This document shows, in pieces, positions 31,629 to 41,150 of a stretch of 64,000 nt of DNA. A program made the translations under genes and the position numbers. Below the pieces are notes generated by a model, which was given only the letters and a program-made list of their open reading frames with translations, made no database searches and was not told the origin of the DNA. This DNA comes from Poseidonia sp. (lineage in GTDB: Archaea > Thermoplasmatota > Poseidoniia > Poseidoniales > Poseidoniaceae), in the NCBI GenBank assembly GCA_030829545.1, contig JAURAI010000001.1:4123-68122 (forward strand), read 5' to 3'. Within the stretch, counting starts at the first letter, position 1. Each line of letters opens with the position of its first letter.

Positions 31629-32099
31629 ATGGAGCCCTACTCAACCGAGCCTGTCACGCTAATTGAAGAGGTCTTTCCACAGGACACCAATGCCTACAAT
31701 ACACTCTTCGGTGGTCGCCTTCTTTCGTTAATGGACAAGGCGGGAGGCATTGCATGTGCAAAGTTCGCCCATCGTGAATTTGTCACGATTTCCATTGACA
31801 CGCTTACCTTCATTGCGCCCGCTCGCCAGGGCGATTTGTTGGAAGTCACTGGCCAAGTGGTCTACACCAGCAGCCACACTGCTTGTACCAAAGTCACCGC
31901 ATATACCATGAGCAAAGCAACGTGGGAAAAGAACATTATTTGCGAAGGCTACTTCTTTTTCGTCGCCATTGACTCCATGATGCGCCCCATACCCGTCCCC
32001 CAATTTTCACCGAGTACAGATGAAGAACAAGAAGAGTGGGAAAAGGCCGAGGCCATCCGTGAAAACATGTTGGCGCAGAAGGCAAAACGCAAGCAATGA
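31629..32099 (+). CDS. Hotdog-fold acyl-CoA thioesterase (YciA-like)
   Basis: VFPQDTNAYNTLFGGRLLSLMD motif. Confidence 0.9.
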   Translation: MEPYSTEPVTLIEEVFPQDTNAYNTLFGGRLLSLMDKAGGIACAKFAHREFVTISIDTLTFIAPARQGDLLEVTGQVVYTSSHTACTKVTAYTMSKATWEKNIICEGYFFFVAIDSMMRPIPVPQFSPSTDEEQEEWEKAEAIRENMLAQKAKRKQ

Positions 32100-32141
32100 A
32101 CGACCCTATCCTTCATGAAGCCCTGACCGTTGGGTCTCGAT

Positions 32142-33164
32142 ATGGTCGTACTCAACATCGCCATCATCGGCTCCGATGACCTCGCAAAGAGCATTGCAAA
32201 AGCAGCAGACCAGAGGGACGTGCACACCTACGTTCACAAGGAGGCGGGCGGAGATGGTCCACGCATTCTTTCACTGATACGCCCAGCAAAATATCCCGAG
32301 CGTTTACCACCCTTTCTCAACGCCCTTTCAACCGCCCGTGTGGGAGTCATAGAAGTCACTGCCATCGACGCAACCCTCGGTGAGGTTTTGGTCGCTTTTG
32401 CCAGCGCAGGTATTGAAAACGGTCTTGCCGTCCTCAATCCCCCACAGGGAGAATGGGTGGATGAAGGCCAAGCGGCCATGCTGTTCAAGCAAGCAGGATT
32501 GAAAGATTGGACTTTTGAAACCAATGACGGTGTTCACCTGCGTGAATGCCTCTACAAGTTGATGGACGAAAAAAGGCCGGAGCTTCTTGCCAATACTCAA
32601 GCCCCACTTGTCCTTCCTGTTGACCAACATTTCAACGTCAAGGGCATCGGCTTGGTAGCGATTGGATATGTCCAAGCAGGCAGCGTCAACGTCCACGACG
32701 AGTTGATGTTGCTCCCCGCCCGAGGACCAGGTACTGCGAAATCACTGCAGGTCATGGACGATGATGTCCCCGTTGCCTCAGCGGGCGATCGAGTCGGACT
32801 CGCTCTTCGCAACGCCAAGGAAGAACACTTGACTGGAACTACCATCATCGTTCACCCTGCTGTTGAAGACAAGCAAACTGGAATCACGCCACCGCTGGCG
32901 ATTGAACAACACATCACATCACGGGTTCACTTGAAAACGTCGCCCTTCCAAAAGAGAGTCCTTGCAGAGGGAGATGTCGTCCATGCCAGCGTCGACTTGC
33001 AATTTGTTGTCGGAAGAGTGACACAGGCAGAGGGAGAACAAATCACTGTGAAATGGGAAAGCCCCCTCTTTATTCGTACCACTGACCCACCTTCGATTCT
33101 CTTAGCCCAACTTGATTCAAGACCCAGAATCATGGGCTCTGCACGAGCAGAACGTCAGGATTGA
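32142..33164 (+). CDS. EF-Tu/SelB-like protein with degenerate G domain
   Basis: Domain II motifs VDQHFNVKGIGLV and GDRVGLAL; no intact P-loop. Confidence 0.8.
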   Translation: MVVLNIAIIGSDDLAKSIAKAADQRDVHTYVHKEAGGDGPRILSLIRPAKYPERLPPFLNALSTARVGVIEVTAIDATLGEVLVAFASAGIENGLAVLNPPQGEWVDEGQAAMLFKQAGLKDWTFETNDGVHLRECLYKLMDEKRPELLANTQAPLVLPVDQHFNVKGIGLVAIGYVQAGSVNVHDELMLLPARGPGTAKSLQVMDDDVPVASAGDRVGLALRNAKEEHLTGTTIIVHPAVEDKQTGITPPLAIEQHITSRVHLKTSPFQKRVLAEGDVVHASVDLQFVVGRVTQAEGEQITVKWESPLFIRTTDPPSILLAQLDSRPRIMGSARAERQD

Positions 33165-33263
33165 TTTGCCCTCGGCGTGGATGCGACCAGGAAATTACTT
33201 GCCCCAAGAGGGGGAAGTTTTGCGGTGGTTTCTTAACCTCTCACCAATGGACCGAGGAACGGG

Positions 33264-34724
33264 ATGCACGAAATTGGGCAGCGTTCTGTACCAACGAGTG
33301 AGACGGACACGGAAGTGTTCTCGTCGCTTCGGTTGGCAGAATCATCGGAACGGGTGAACATTCATCTGGATGAGCGCATGCTGAGTATCCAAGGTCGTCG
33401 TACCACGGCCATTGATGTACGAATGGGTGCCATCGACACGGTTCAACACCACTCCACTCACTTGGTCCCTGCTTGGTTGGTCATCCTTGGCGCCGCATTT
33501 ATTTGGATTGGATACCGTTTGATGGTCCCGCCCCTTTACCGACTGAGCTTCATTGGCTTGGGAGCATTGCTTATTTTGGCTCGCTTCATCACTAAGCAGC
33601 CAACCTTTACAATTCACGCGTCATCTGGAGATTCACACGTCCTTTTTGGAAATGAAGCGACCCTCCACCGACTGGGTTTCATGGTCAACAAGGTGCTCAA
33701 AGGCAAGACTATTGAGGAAGCACGAACCAATTACGAAGCGATTCTCGCTGCGAGTTACCGAGACTGGAACGATTCAGATATCTTACCCGCTCCTGAGTTG
33801 CCCGTCATTATTCACCAACCTGCATCCATTGACCGTCTGCTCCAAACCGATGGGAGCGATGCTGTCAATGCTCCACCAATTGAAGAAACGATGGAATGGC
33901 TGCCAACCGACGAAACGCCCCCTCCAGCAGCCCCGCTTTTTCCCAGTTTCCTCGCTACCTATCACGGGCAACAAAGCCAGGCTGAGACATTGACATACAG
34001 TCCCGACCATCGCCCCGGACCCATCGGCCATCCCATCCTCCTCCCCGTCCATACCGTCGCTCCACCAATGCACCAAGGGGCAGGAGAGCCAACGGCAACC
34101 GAAACACCGCATCCCCTCCCCTCGTTTTGGGGACGGTCGGAAGTTCATATCACGTCTCAGCAACAATCATCTGAAGAGGTTGAAGAGAACACAGAGGAAG
34201 GCGTGTTGGATGCTGAACTTCTCTACGCCCCTGTTGATTCTGAGGACATCCCCGATCCTCAACCCCAACCACCGCAGGTTCTCAAAATCAAAGAACCACG
34301 CAGAATTGAGGATACGCCTTTCAAACCTCGCCGCGTAACGAGATTTACTTCTCGACCATCCCAAGGAAGGCGTTTCTTGAGTCGGATCAGAGATGTATCT
34401 GCAAACCTACTCGGGAACACGATTGGTCCAGCCCGCCCTTCACCCTTCGGGACAACTGAAACATCGTCTGCACTTCGCGAGCATACCGAGGCCAATACAC
34501 CTCCCAACGAGGAGGTGTTGAACCGCCTGTCGGTCGAGAACGGTGGCTTGTTGGAACCTGAGGAAGCCGACCGCATTGCTGCACGTGGACGAGCCATATT
34601 GGCTGCAGCTGAGGAACTCACAAGTGCTCCCCAAGAAAGCCTTGATGACCTTTCATTTGGCGATTTAACTCCCACGAAATCAGATGATGAAGCTGTTCAT
34701 GTTCGACGTTTGGATGATGATTGA
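33264..34724 (+). CDS. Hypothetical membrane protein with Pro-rich disordered tail
   Basis: Two TM helices, long low-complexity C-terminus. Confidence 0.7.
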   Translation: MHEIGQRSVPTSETDTEVFSSLRLAESSERVNIHLDERMLSIQGRRTTAIDVRMGAIDTVQHHSTHLVPAWLVILGAAFIWIGYRLMVPPLYRLSFIGLGALLILARFITKQPTFTIHASSGDSHVLFGNEATLHRLGFMVNKVLKGKTIEEARTNYEAILAASYRDWNDSDILPAPELPVIIHQPASIDRLLQTDGSDAVNAPPIEETMEWLPTDETPPPAAPLFPSFLATYHGQQSQAETLTYSPDHRPGPIGHPILLPVHTVAPPMHQGAGEPTATETPHPLPSFWGRSEVHITSQQQSSEEVEENTEEGVLDAELLYAPVDSEDIPDPQPQPPQVLKIKEPRRIEDTPFKPRRVTRFTSRPSQGRRFLSRIRDVSANLLGNTIGPARPSPFGTTETSSALREHTEANTPPNEEVLNRLSVENGGLLEPEEADRIAARGRAILAAAEELTSAPQESLDDLSFGDLTPTKSDDEAVHVRRLDDD

Positions 34725-34725
34725 A

Positions 34726-35649
34726 TCACAGACCAAGCATCGTCCGATAGCCCAGATAACGGTTGTCAAATTCTTCAACCTCTAACGCTCGCAGGGCGTC
34801 AGTTCCAAAGGCTTCAAGCGTGAAACTCGCCATTACCGTTGCCATCATCAAACCGTCCCGTAATTCTGCCATTTCCAAAGCCTGAGTACGTTGAGAAAGA
34901 TGTGAGGCTAATGCGCCTGCAAAGGTATCTCCACAACCCGTAGGGTCAACGAGATTGGCGGTAGGGTAGGCTGGGAGTGCAAGCAATTCACCGCGATGCA
35001 GAGCAAGTACGCCATGCTCACCTCGCTTGACGACAAGCGTGGTCGTGTCAGTCTGCTCGGCCAGGTCATGCATGGCGCGGACAAGATTGTCTTCTTGAGA
35101 GAGCATGCGAGCTTCACCATCATTGATGATGACCAAATCAGCGGCCGTCATCACCTCGAGCAATTCAGGACGGGCAATGTCAATCCAGAGATTCATCGAA
35201 TCGAGCATCGTGAAGCGAAGAGGAGATGTTTGCTCCATCACGTTTCGTTGAATGGCAGGATGCAGGTTCGCACAAAACAAAATTGTTGGCTGCTTTGCAT
35301 CTTCGGGAACCCGAGGCTCAAAATGTTCGAACACGTTGAGGTGGGTTGCTCGAGTTTCCGCCTCAGCCATGGCACCGTGATAGGCGCCTTCCCATCGGAA
35401 TGTTTCGCCCTCAGCCACCTCAAGTCCGCTGAGTTCAAGACCTGATTTCGATAGAATCTCACGGTCTGAGGAGGTAAAATCAGAACCGACCACGCCCACG
35501 AGGCTGGCATTTGCACCACCGTGAAGGCGCTGAATGAATTGGCATGACAACCCGCTGTAGGTAGCAGAACCACCCAAGGCATTGGTCACTGAACCTGCGG
35601 GAGACTCAACCGAGTCGTAAGCAATACTTCCAACGATGAGAACTGTCAT
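34726..35649 (-). CDS. PfkB-family carbohydrate/nucleoside kinase
   Basis: GSIAYD, LGGSA, DPTGCGDTFAG. Confidence 0.92.
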   Translation of the reverse strand: MTVLIVGSIAYDSVESPAGSVTNALGGSATYSGLSCQFIQRLHGGANASLVGVVGSDFTSSDREILSKSGLELSGLEVAEGETFRWEGAYHGAMAEAETRATHLNVFEHFEPRVPEDAKQPTILFCANLHPAIQRNVMEQTSPLRFTMLDSMNLWIDIARPELLEVMTAADLVIINDGEARMLSQEDNLVRAMHDLAEQTDTTTLVVKRGEHGVLALHRGELLALPAYPTANLVDPTGCGDTFAGALASHLSQRTQALEMAELRDGLMMATVMASFTLEAFGTDALRALEVEEFDNRYLGYRTMLGL

Positions 35650-35666
35650 GACAAACCACGTCCAAA

Positions 35667-37007
35667 TCATCCAAGAAGCTCTTGGTGCATGTCGATATAT
35701 TGAATGGTGATGTCCCCGTTATTGAAATCCTTCTCGTCCATAATCCGCCGGTGCAGTGGAATGAGGTGTTCAACGCCCGTGATGATCGTTTCATCAAGGG
35801 CCGTTTTCATTCGAGCGATGGCGTCCTCACGGTCTCGGCCCCAAACGAGTAATTTAGCGAGCAGGGAATCAAAGCAACCCGGCATCTCGTATCCCGGGTG
35901 AGCGTGTGTGTCACATCGTACGCCAAAGCCACTTGGGAAATGACACTCCCACAATCGGCCCGGACTTGGTACAAATTCACGAGGATCTTCTGCGTTTAAT
36001 CTGCACTGAATAGAGTGGCCGCGCCATGTGATGTCTTCTTGGGAAAGTGGCAATGCTTCACCTTGTGCTACCCGAATGCCGAGTTCAACCAAGTTATGAC
36101 CGGTGATCAATTCGGTAACGGTGTGTTCCACTTGGACACGTGGATTGACTTCAAGGAAGTAAAAATCACCGTTGGCATCACGAAGGAATTCGAAGGTTGC
36201 AAGACCTTTGTAGCCAACCGATTCCGCCCCACGGCATACCAGGTCGCCGATTTCTGCACGCTTGGCATCATCCAACCAAGGGCCTTCTTCAACCAATTTT
36301 TGATGGCGGCGTTGGATGGAGCAAAAGCGTTCACCAAAATGAATGGCCTTCTTACCGTCCGCAAGAACCTGAAACTCCACGTGCTGAGCACCTTGAATGT
36401 ATTTCTCAACAAAGACCCGCTCGTCACCGAAGGCTGACCTTGCTCGTGATTGACAGAGTTTGAGAGCGCTTTCAAATTCGTCGGCCTTCCCGACAATTTG
36501 CATACCGATGCCACCACCGCCAGCAGCTGCTTTGATGATGACAGGGTAGCCGATTTCATCGGCGAGTTTACTGGCGACATCAGCACTGGAAATAGGTTCT
36601 GAGGAGCCCTTTGCGGTCGGAAGTCCTGCCGCTTCCATCGCCGCTCGCGCCTCGATCTTATCACCGAGCAACGTGATGACGCCCGATGCAGGACCGATGA
36701 AGGTGATGCCTTCCTCCTCAAGACGGGCTACAAATGCTGCGTTTTCGGCTAAGAAGCCATAACCAGGGTGTACGGCATCACATTCCAACTCCTTTGCAGC
36801 CTCGACGACGGATTCAATGTCGAGATAGGAGTCCAAAGGGTTGGTTCGGTAATTCGGATAAGCAATATCTGCCATGCGAACTGGGAGCGAGAGTCGGTCC
36901 TCTCGACCGTGAATGATGGCCGCTTCAATACCCATGTCACGCAAGGTTCGCAGGATGCGGAGCGCAATTTCGCCACGGTTTGCAATGAGAACACGCTTGA
37001 AGCCCAT
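35667..37007 (-). CDS. accC: Biotin carboxylase subunit of an acyl-CoA carboxylase
   Basis: LIANRGEIA, HPGYGFLAEN, GGGGIGM, CSIQRRHQK, EVNPRVQVEH. Confidence 0.93.
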   Translation of the reverse strand: MGFKRVLIANRGEIALRILRTLRDMGIEAAIIHGREDRLSLPVRMADIAYPNYRTNPLDSYLDIESVVEAAKELECDAVHPGYGFLAENAAFVARLEEEGITFIGPASGVITLLGDKIEARAAMEAAGLPTAKGSSEPISSADVASKLADEIGYPVIIKAAAGGGGIGMQIVGKADEFESALKLCQSRARSAFGDERVFVEKYIQGAQHVEFQVLADGKKAIHFGERFCSIQRRHQKLVEEGPWLDDAKRAEIGDLVCRGAESVGYKGLATFEFLRDANGDFYFLEVNPRVQVEHTVTELITGHNLVELGIRVAQGEALPLSQEDITWRGHSIQCRLNAEDPREFVPSPGRLWECHFPSGFGVRCDTHAHPGYEMPGCFDSLLAKLLVWGRDREDAIARMKTALDETIITGVEHLIPLHRRIMDEKDFNNGDITIQYIDMHQELLG

Positions 37008-37070
37008 AGAACACGGGCAACCGAAGCAATCTATGAGCAAAGCGGTGGAATTGTACGTGGAAGAACCGAT

Positions 37071-38126
37071 TCACGGTGGAATTTCAACCACGGATTCGTC
37101 GTTCCCTTGAACGTAGACGACGGCACGAACAAAAGGCTGACCGCGAGGGCGAAACATGGAACGCTTCATCATGCCCAAGATGCCTCGTAAGGTCACAAGC
37201 ATCCTCTTGAATGAGCGCCATGGATGACGAATGATACGCAATGGGTTACCGATGCCAGTCAGAGGGTATTGCAATTGCTCCATCATGGTCATTGGAATCT
37301 GTTCATCAATTCCATACACGGTTGGTCGTTTGTCCTTGGGCATGTAATAGGTTCCAAAAATCAAATCCCAAAGAGGCAGGAAGGTCGAATAATTACACCA
37401 AATGGCTTCTTCCTCGTTGGAATGGTGCCAATGATGGAATTCGGGCGTCATGATGATCCTTGAGAGCGGTCGTAACCAGAGGCGGACATTCGCATGAAGG
37501 AATAGGCCGAGTAAAATTTGGGCAATGGCAATCAATCCTGATGTTTCCGCAGAGAAGCCCGCGGCAATGAGAAAGAAAAACGCTGGCGCAATCAACGTTC
37601 CATCAAAGGGGTGGGCACGAAAACCGCTGGCCCAATCCATGTCCTCTGGCGAATGATGAATGGCATGGAAACGCCATAGTTGAGGCACCTCATGGTAGAA
37701 ACGGTGGGTCCAATATCCCATCAAGTCAAACAACATCACGCCCACGATGAGCAGATATGGTTCAGGTATCGATTGGACATAGGGACGGAGCAACAATCCA
37801 GGAATCCAAGCAAAACTCAGAACACCAACGAGAATGGCCGCTACCAAACCAATGCTTTGAAGCACGGGTGAAGCCAGTGCGTAGCCTACATCAAGTTCGA
37901 GATGTGGGCGGCGAAACCCTTGGTGGTCGTGGCGCGGAAAGAGTCGTTCAAAGGGGACAACAAGTACGAAGAGAACGATAACTGCCCCCAATCCATCTTG
38001 GTTCTTTGATACGGCATAACCTGCGAGTGCCAATGCGAGGATTCGAAGTACAATCGCCCGAGGCCATCCACCAACGGGTGGAAGGCGAGGAGCAGCCGGA
38101 ACATCTGCATCCGAGGGGTATGTCAC
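37071..38126 (-). CDS. Fatty-acid hydroxylase/sterol desaturase family protein
   Basis: His boxes HRFYH, HAIHH, HHWHH; multi-TM. Confidence 0.88.
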   Translation of the reverse strand: MTYPSDADVPAAPRLPPVGGWPRAIVLRILALALAGYAVSKNQDGLGAVIVLFVLVVPFERLFPRHDHQGFRRPHLELDVGYALASPVLQSIGLVAAILVGVLSFAWIPGLLLRPYVQSIPEPYLLIVGVMLFDLMGYWTHRFYHEVPQLWRFHAIHHSPEDMDWASGFRAHPFDGTLIAPAFFFLIAAGFSAETSGLIAIAQILLGLFLHANVRLWLRPLSRIIMTPEFHHWHHSNEEEAIWCNYSTFLPLWDLIFGTYYMPKDKRPTVYGIDEQIPMTMMEQLQYPLTGIGNPLRIIRHPWRSFKRMLVTLRGILGMMKRSMFRPRGQPFVRAVVYVQGNDESVVEIPP

Positions 38127-38223
38127 AAGTCACTGGCGGCATGAACATTCATAGTAATTCTCTCAGCATGTGCAGAGGAATTGACCGAAAAACGGAAGAT
38201 ATTTGATTGTGAAGAGGAGAAAA

Positions 38224-38748
38224 ATGGCATCAAAAAGAAAAATAATGCCGAGATTTGATAACCCCCTACGCGTATGGACTAACATGAGCGGACCAAAGGC
38301 AACGGGCAGCAGTGTGCTGCAAAAACTAGCAGGGAAGGACCTGAATAACGATGGACGAATCATCAATCTGGTCGTGTGTGGAAACTCAAAATTTTATGAT
38401 TACTCCTTCCTTGAAACCGAAATTGAACAGTGGGTGAAGTACCACGGTTATCCAGACGTCATCATATTGGGCGGTGCGAGCGGAGTAGATTTCCTAGCAG
38501 AACGCTGGGCCGATAACAACAACATTCCCATTGCGGTATTTACCGAAGCATGGGCTGGTCCGCGGTCATCTGACGGAGTCGACTCAGGTCGGCCAGCAGC
38601 GATTGCAGACCTCGGAAAACGAATGCTCAAGCATGCGACGCACATGTTAGCATTCCCGGGACCCGATTCGGTTTGGACCAAACGAATGGAGGATTTAGCG
38701 AGGGACTCTGCCGTTCCAGTGGTCAGCATTCCGCTCCCAGAGGAGTGA
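38224..38748 (+). CDS. SLOG-superfamily (YspA/DUF2493-like) protein
   Basis: LVVCG..F.DY, IILGGASGVD..AERWA, LAFPG. Confidence 0.75.
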   Translation: MASKRKIMPRFDNPLRVWTNMSGPKATGSSVLQKLAGKDLNNDGRIINLVVCGNSKFYDYSFLETEIEQWVKYHGYPDVIILGGASGVDFLAERWADNNNIPIAVFTEAWAGPRSSDGVDSGRPAAIADLGKRMLKHATHMLAFPGPDSVWTKRMEDLARDSAVPVVSIPLPEE

Positions 38749-38751
38749 GCA

Positions 38752-39999
38752 TCAGTAGACGTCACGAAGGTAGCGCTTTTGTTCCTTCATCATCGTCTTT
38801 TCGATGAAATGGGTCGCGTCGTCAAGTGACATGCCACCGTGTTCAACGGCGATGTCAATAAGCGCTCGATGAACGTCCTTGGCCATGTATTGCTTGTCGC
38901 CACAGATGTAGAAGTAAGCCCCGCGCTCAAACCATTCCCATACTTCTGCGCCGTGTTCTTTCAAACGGTGTTGAACATAGATTTTCTCTTCTTGGTCACG
39001 GGACCACGCCGTTGTAAACTTGTACAGGTGGCCTTCATCGATCCATTGTTCAATTTCATCTTTGTAATAGAATTCAGTTTTCGCAGATTGGTCACCGAAG
39101 AAAAGCCAGTTCTTACCAGTGCCTCCGTCATGAACACGTTGCTCCATGAAGGCACGGAACGGAGCAATTCCTGTTCCGGGGCCAACCATGATGATATCGG
39201 TTTCTTTGTCCTCTGGAAGGATAAATGACTTGGTTGGTGACATAAAGACGCCGATTGGAGCGCCTGAAGTATCAATTTCATCAGCCATGAATTGGGTGCA
39301 AAGGCCACCTCGTGCTCTTCCGTTGTATTCGAAACGAACAATTCCAACGGTCAATTCAACGAAGCCTGGATGGGCATCGTGTGAAGAAGCGATGGAATAG
39401 AGGCGAGGTTTGAGGCGGTCTGCCAGCTCAAGGAATTCTTCATGAGCGTATTTGACATCGAATTCACGCATGATGTCAATGTAATCTCGCGTCCAAAGGT
39501 AGTTTTCAATGCCTTTAGCGTCAGCGTTGATTGCTTCTACTTGAGAGGCCGGGTCGTCGGAGGCTACCGAAGGACGAAGCGGTGTCGTTGCGTCTTCAGT
39601 GGCTTGCCACGTCTCGTTGTTGCGGGACCGTGATACAATACTCATGGAAATCTTCATCCCGCTTGAAATCACCTTTTCTGTGAGTGATTGGACAAATTTC
39701 TTGTTGGCCAGATGTACTTCAAAATCCTTCTTGAGAGCTTCGCGAAGGGTGCGGTCTCCTTTGTGGGTTGTTACCTCTGCATCCGGATTCCACCCCTGGA
39801 CTTCAATCAACTCATCGACGATGTGAGGAGGATTTTCAGCGACCACGCCAAGGGCATCGCCGACTTTGTAGTCCAAGCCAGAGTCTCCGAGTTCGAAGAC
39901 GATGTGACGGGTTTCTTTTCGCGACCCTTCACCGTTGAGAATGAAATTCTCAGTAATTTTACTCATATAGGGATTTTTTGCAGACCAACCATCAGCCAT
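38752..39999 (-). CDS. CysJ-like FAD/NADPH reductase lacking the flavodoxin domain
   Basis: PRLYSIASS, GPGTGIAPFR, YICGD, C-terminal RYLRDVY. Confidence 0.88.
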   Translation of the reverse strand: MADGWSAKNPYMSKITENFILNGEGSRKETRHIVFELGDSGLDYKVGDALGVVAENPPHIVDELIEVQGWNPDAEVTTHKGDRTLREALKKDFEVHLANKKFVQSLTEKVISSGMKISMSIVSRSRNNETWQATEDATTPLRPSVASDDPASQVEAINADAKGIENYLWTRDYIDIMREFDVKYAHEEFLELADRLKPRLYSIASSHDAHPGFVELTVGIVRFEYNGRARGGLCTQFMADEIDTSGAPIGVFMSPTKSFILPEDKETDIIMVGPGTGIAPFRAFMEQRVHDGGTGKNWLFFGDQSAKTEFYYKDEIEQWIDEGHLYKFTTAWSRDQEEKIYVQHRLKEHGAEVWEWFERGAYFYICGDKQYMAKDVHRALIDIAVEHGGMSLDDATHFIEKTMMKEQKRYLRDVY

Positions 40000-40150
40000 A
40001 CCTTCACCTCAACCACATAGTGGCGATGGTTTTCCCATCTAAGGTTGCTTTATCATCATTGGTATGAATTCACATCGGCATCATCGTCGAAAAATTGCCC
40101 ACCACGAATCACCGATGAGAAGAAGAAGGGGGGGCGTGTTAGCGGGCTTC

Positions 40151-40954
40151 ATGGACCATCGCATCGTGATGCTGGGGACTGGAAATGCATTCCTTCCCCA
40201 CGGCAGACATCATTCCTTTGCGATGTTTGACGGCCAACACATTATCGATGCACCTCCGACTGCACTGATCGGCATGCGAAGAATCGGTACTTCTCCGGCC
40301 GACATCCGAACCGTCTTTGTCACACACGTTCACGGCGACCATGTCTTCGGATTCCCATTCTTATTGCTCGAGCGCAAATACATTTCAGACCGTGAGCAAT
40401 TACAGCCGCTGCGTGTTGTTGGTTCACCCATCGTGCGAGAACGACTGACCCAATTATGCAATCTCGCCTTCCCAGGTTCGTTGGAGACCATCCTTGAAAC
40501 GGTTGAATGGGACGAGCGAGAGGTTGGAACAACCGACGACGGTTGGACGTGGGAGCGATTTGAGGTTCATCACGAAGATGCAGTTGATCCTCATGGCTAT
40601 CGATTTGAGCATCGTAGCGGTGCAAACTTTGTCCACAGCGGAGATTCAGGCCCATGTGAGGCACTTCACGAGGCGATTGAACGTTCCTGTATCGCTGTTC
40701 TTGAGATGGGTTTTCCTGATTGGGTCCCATCAACACATCATCATAAGCCAAAAGATGTGGAGGCTTTAGCCCAACGATGCTCAACTCCACTGGCCATCAC
40801 GCACACCTTTATCGACGAAGCTACCGAGTTTGAGACGACGCTGACAAAGGAGGTCCCTCAACTCCCTGCCCACGTGACCCAACTTTCCGACGGAGCCACC
40901 ATCGTTTGGGAAAAAGAGGCGTGGACCATCAAGAATTCTACCGACCTTTTCTGA
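40151..40954 (+). CDS. MBL-fold metallohydrolase (RNase Z-like)
   Basis: LGTG, THVHGDH, HSGDSG. Confidence 0.85.
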   Translation: MDHRIVMLGTGNAFLPHGRHHSFAMFDGQHIIDAPPTALIGMRRIGTSPADIRTVFVTHVHGDHVFGFPFLLLERKYISDREQLQPLRVVGSPIVRERLTQLCNLAFPGSLETILETVEWDEREVGTTDDGWTWERFEVHHEDAVDPHGYRFEHRSGANFVHSGDSGPCEALHEAIERSCIAVLEMGFPDWVPSTHHHKPKDVEALAQRCSTPLAITHTFIDEATEFETTLTKEVPQLPAHVTQLSDGATIVWEKEAWTIKNSTDLF

Positions 40955-41128
40955 TGGCTTTGAATTGTTCTTTTTTCTTTTTCACCTGCTATCTTTATAT
41001 CAGCATATGAGCCGTTCCTTGTTCACAAATCATTGCCTTCCAAAGGAAGCAGTGGACAGGCATATAAGGGGGACTCGGACTCAAGTCACATATGGCGTTG
41101 GGTCCGAAATGGACCCTTTGCTATTAGG

Positions 41129-41144
41129 TATAAAAGCGAGGTGA
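41129..41144 (+). promoter_or_regulatory. TATA-like TATAAAA and SD GAGGTGA upstream of cdc6
   Basis: Motifs immediately 5' of ATG 41151; the two elements are too close for both to be used canonically. Confidence 0.4.
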
Positions 41145-41150
41145 AATTGA

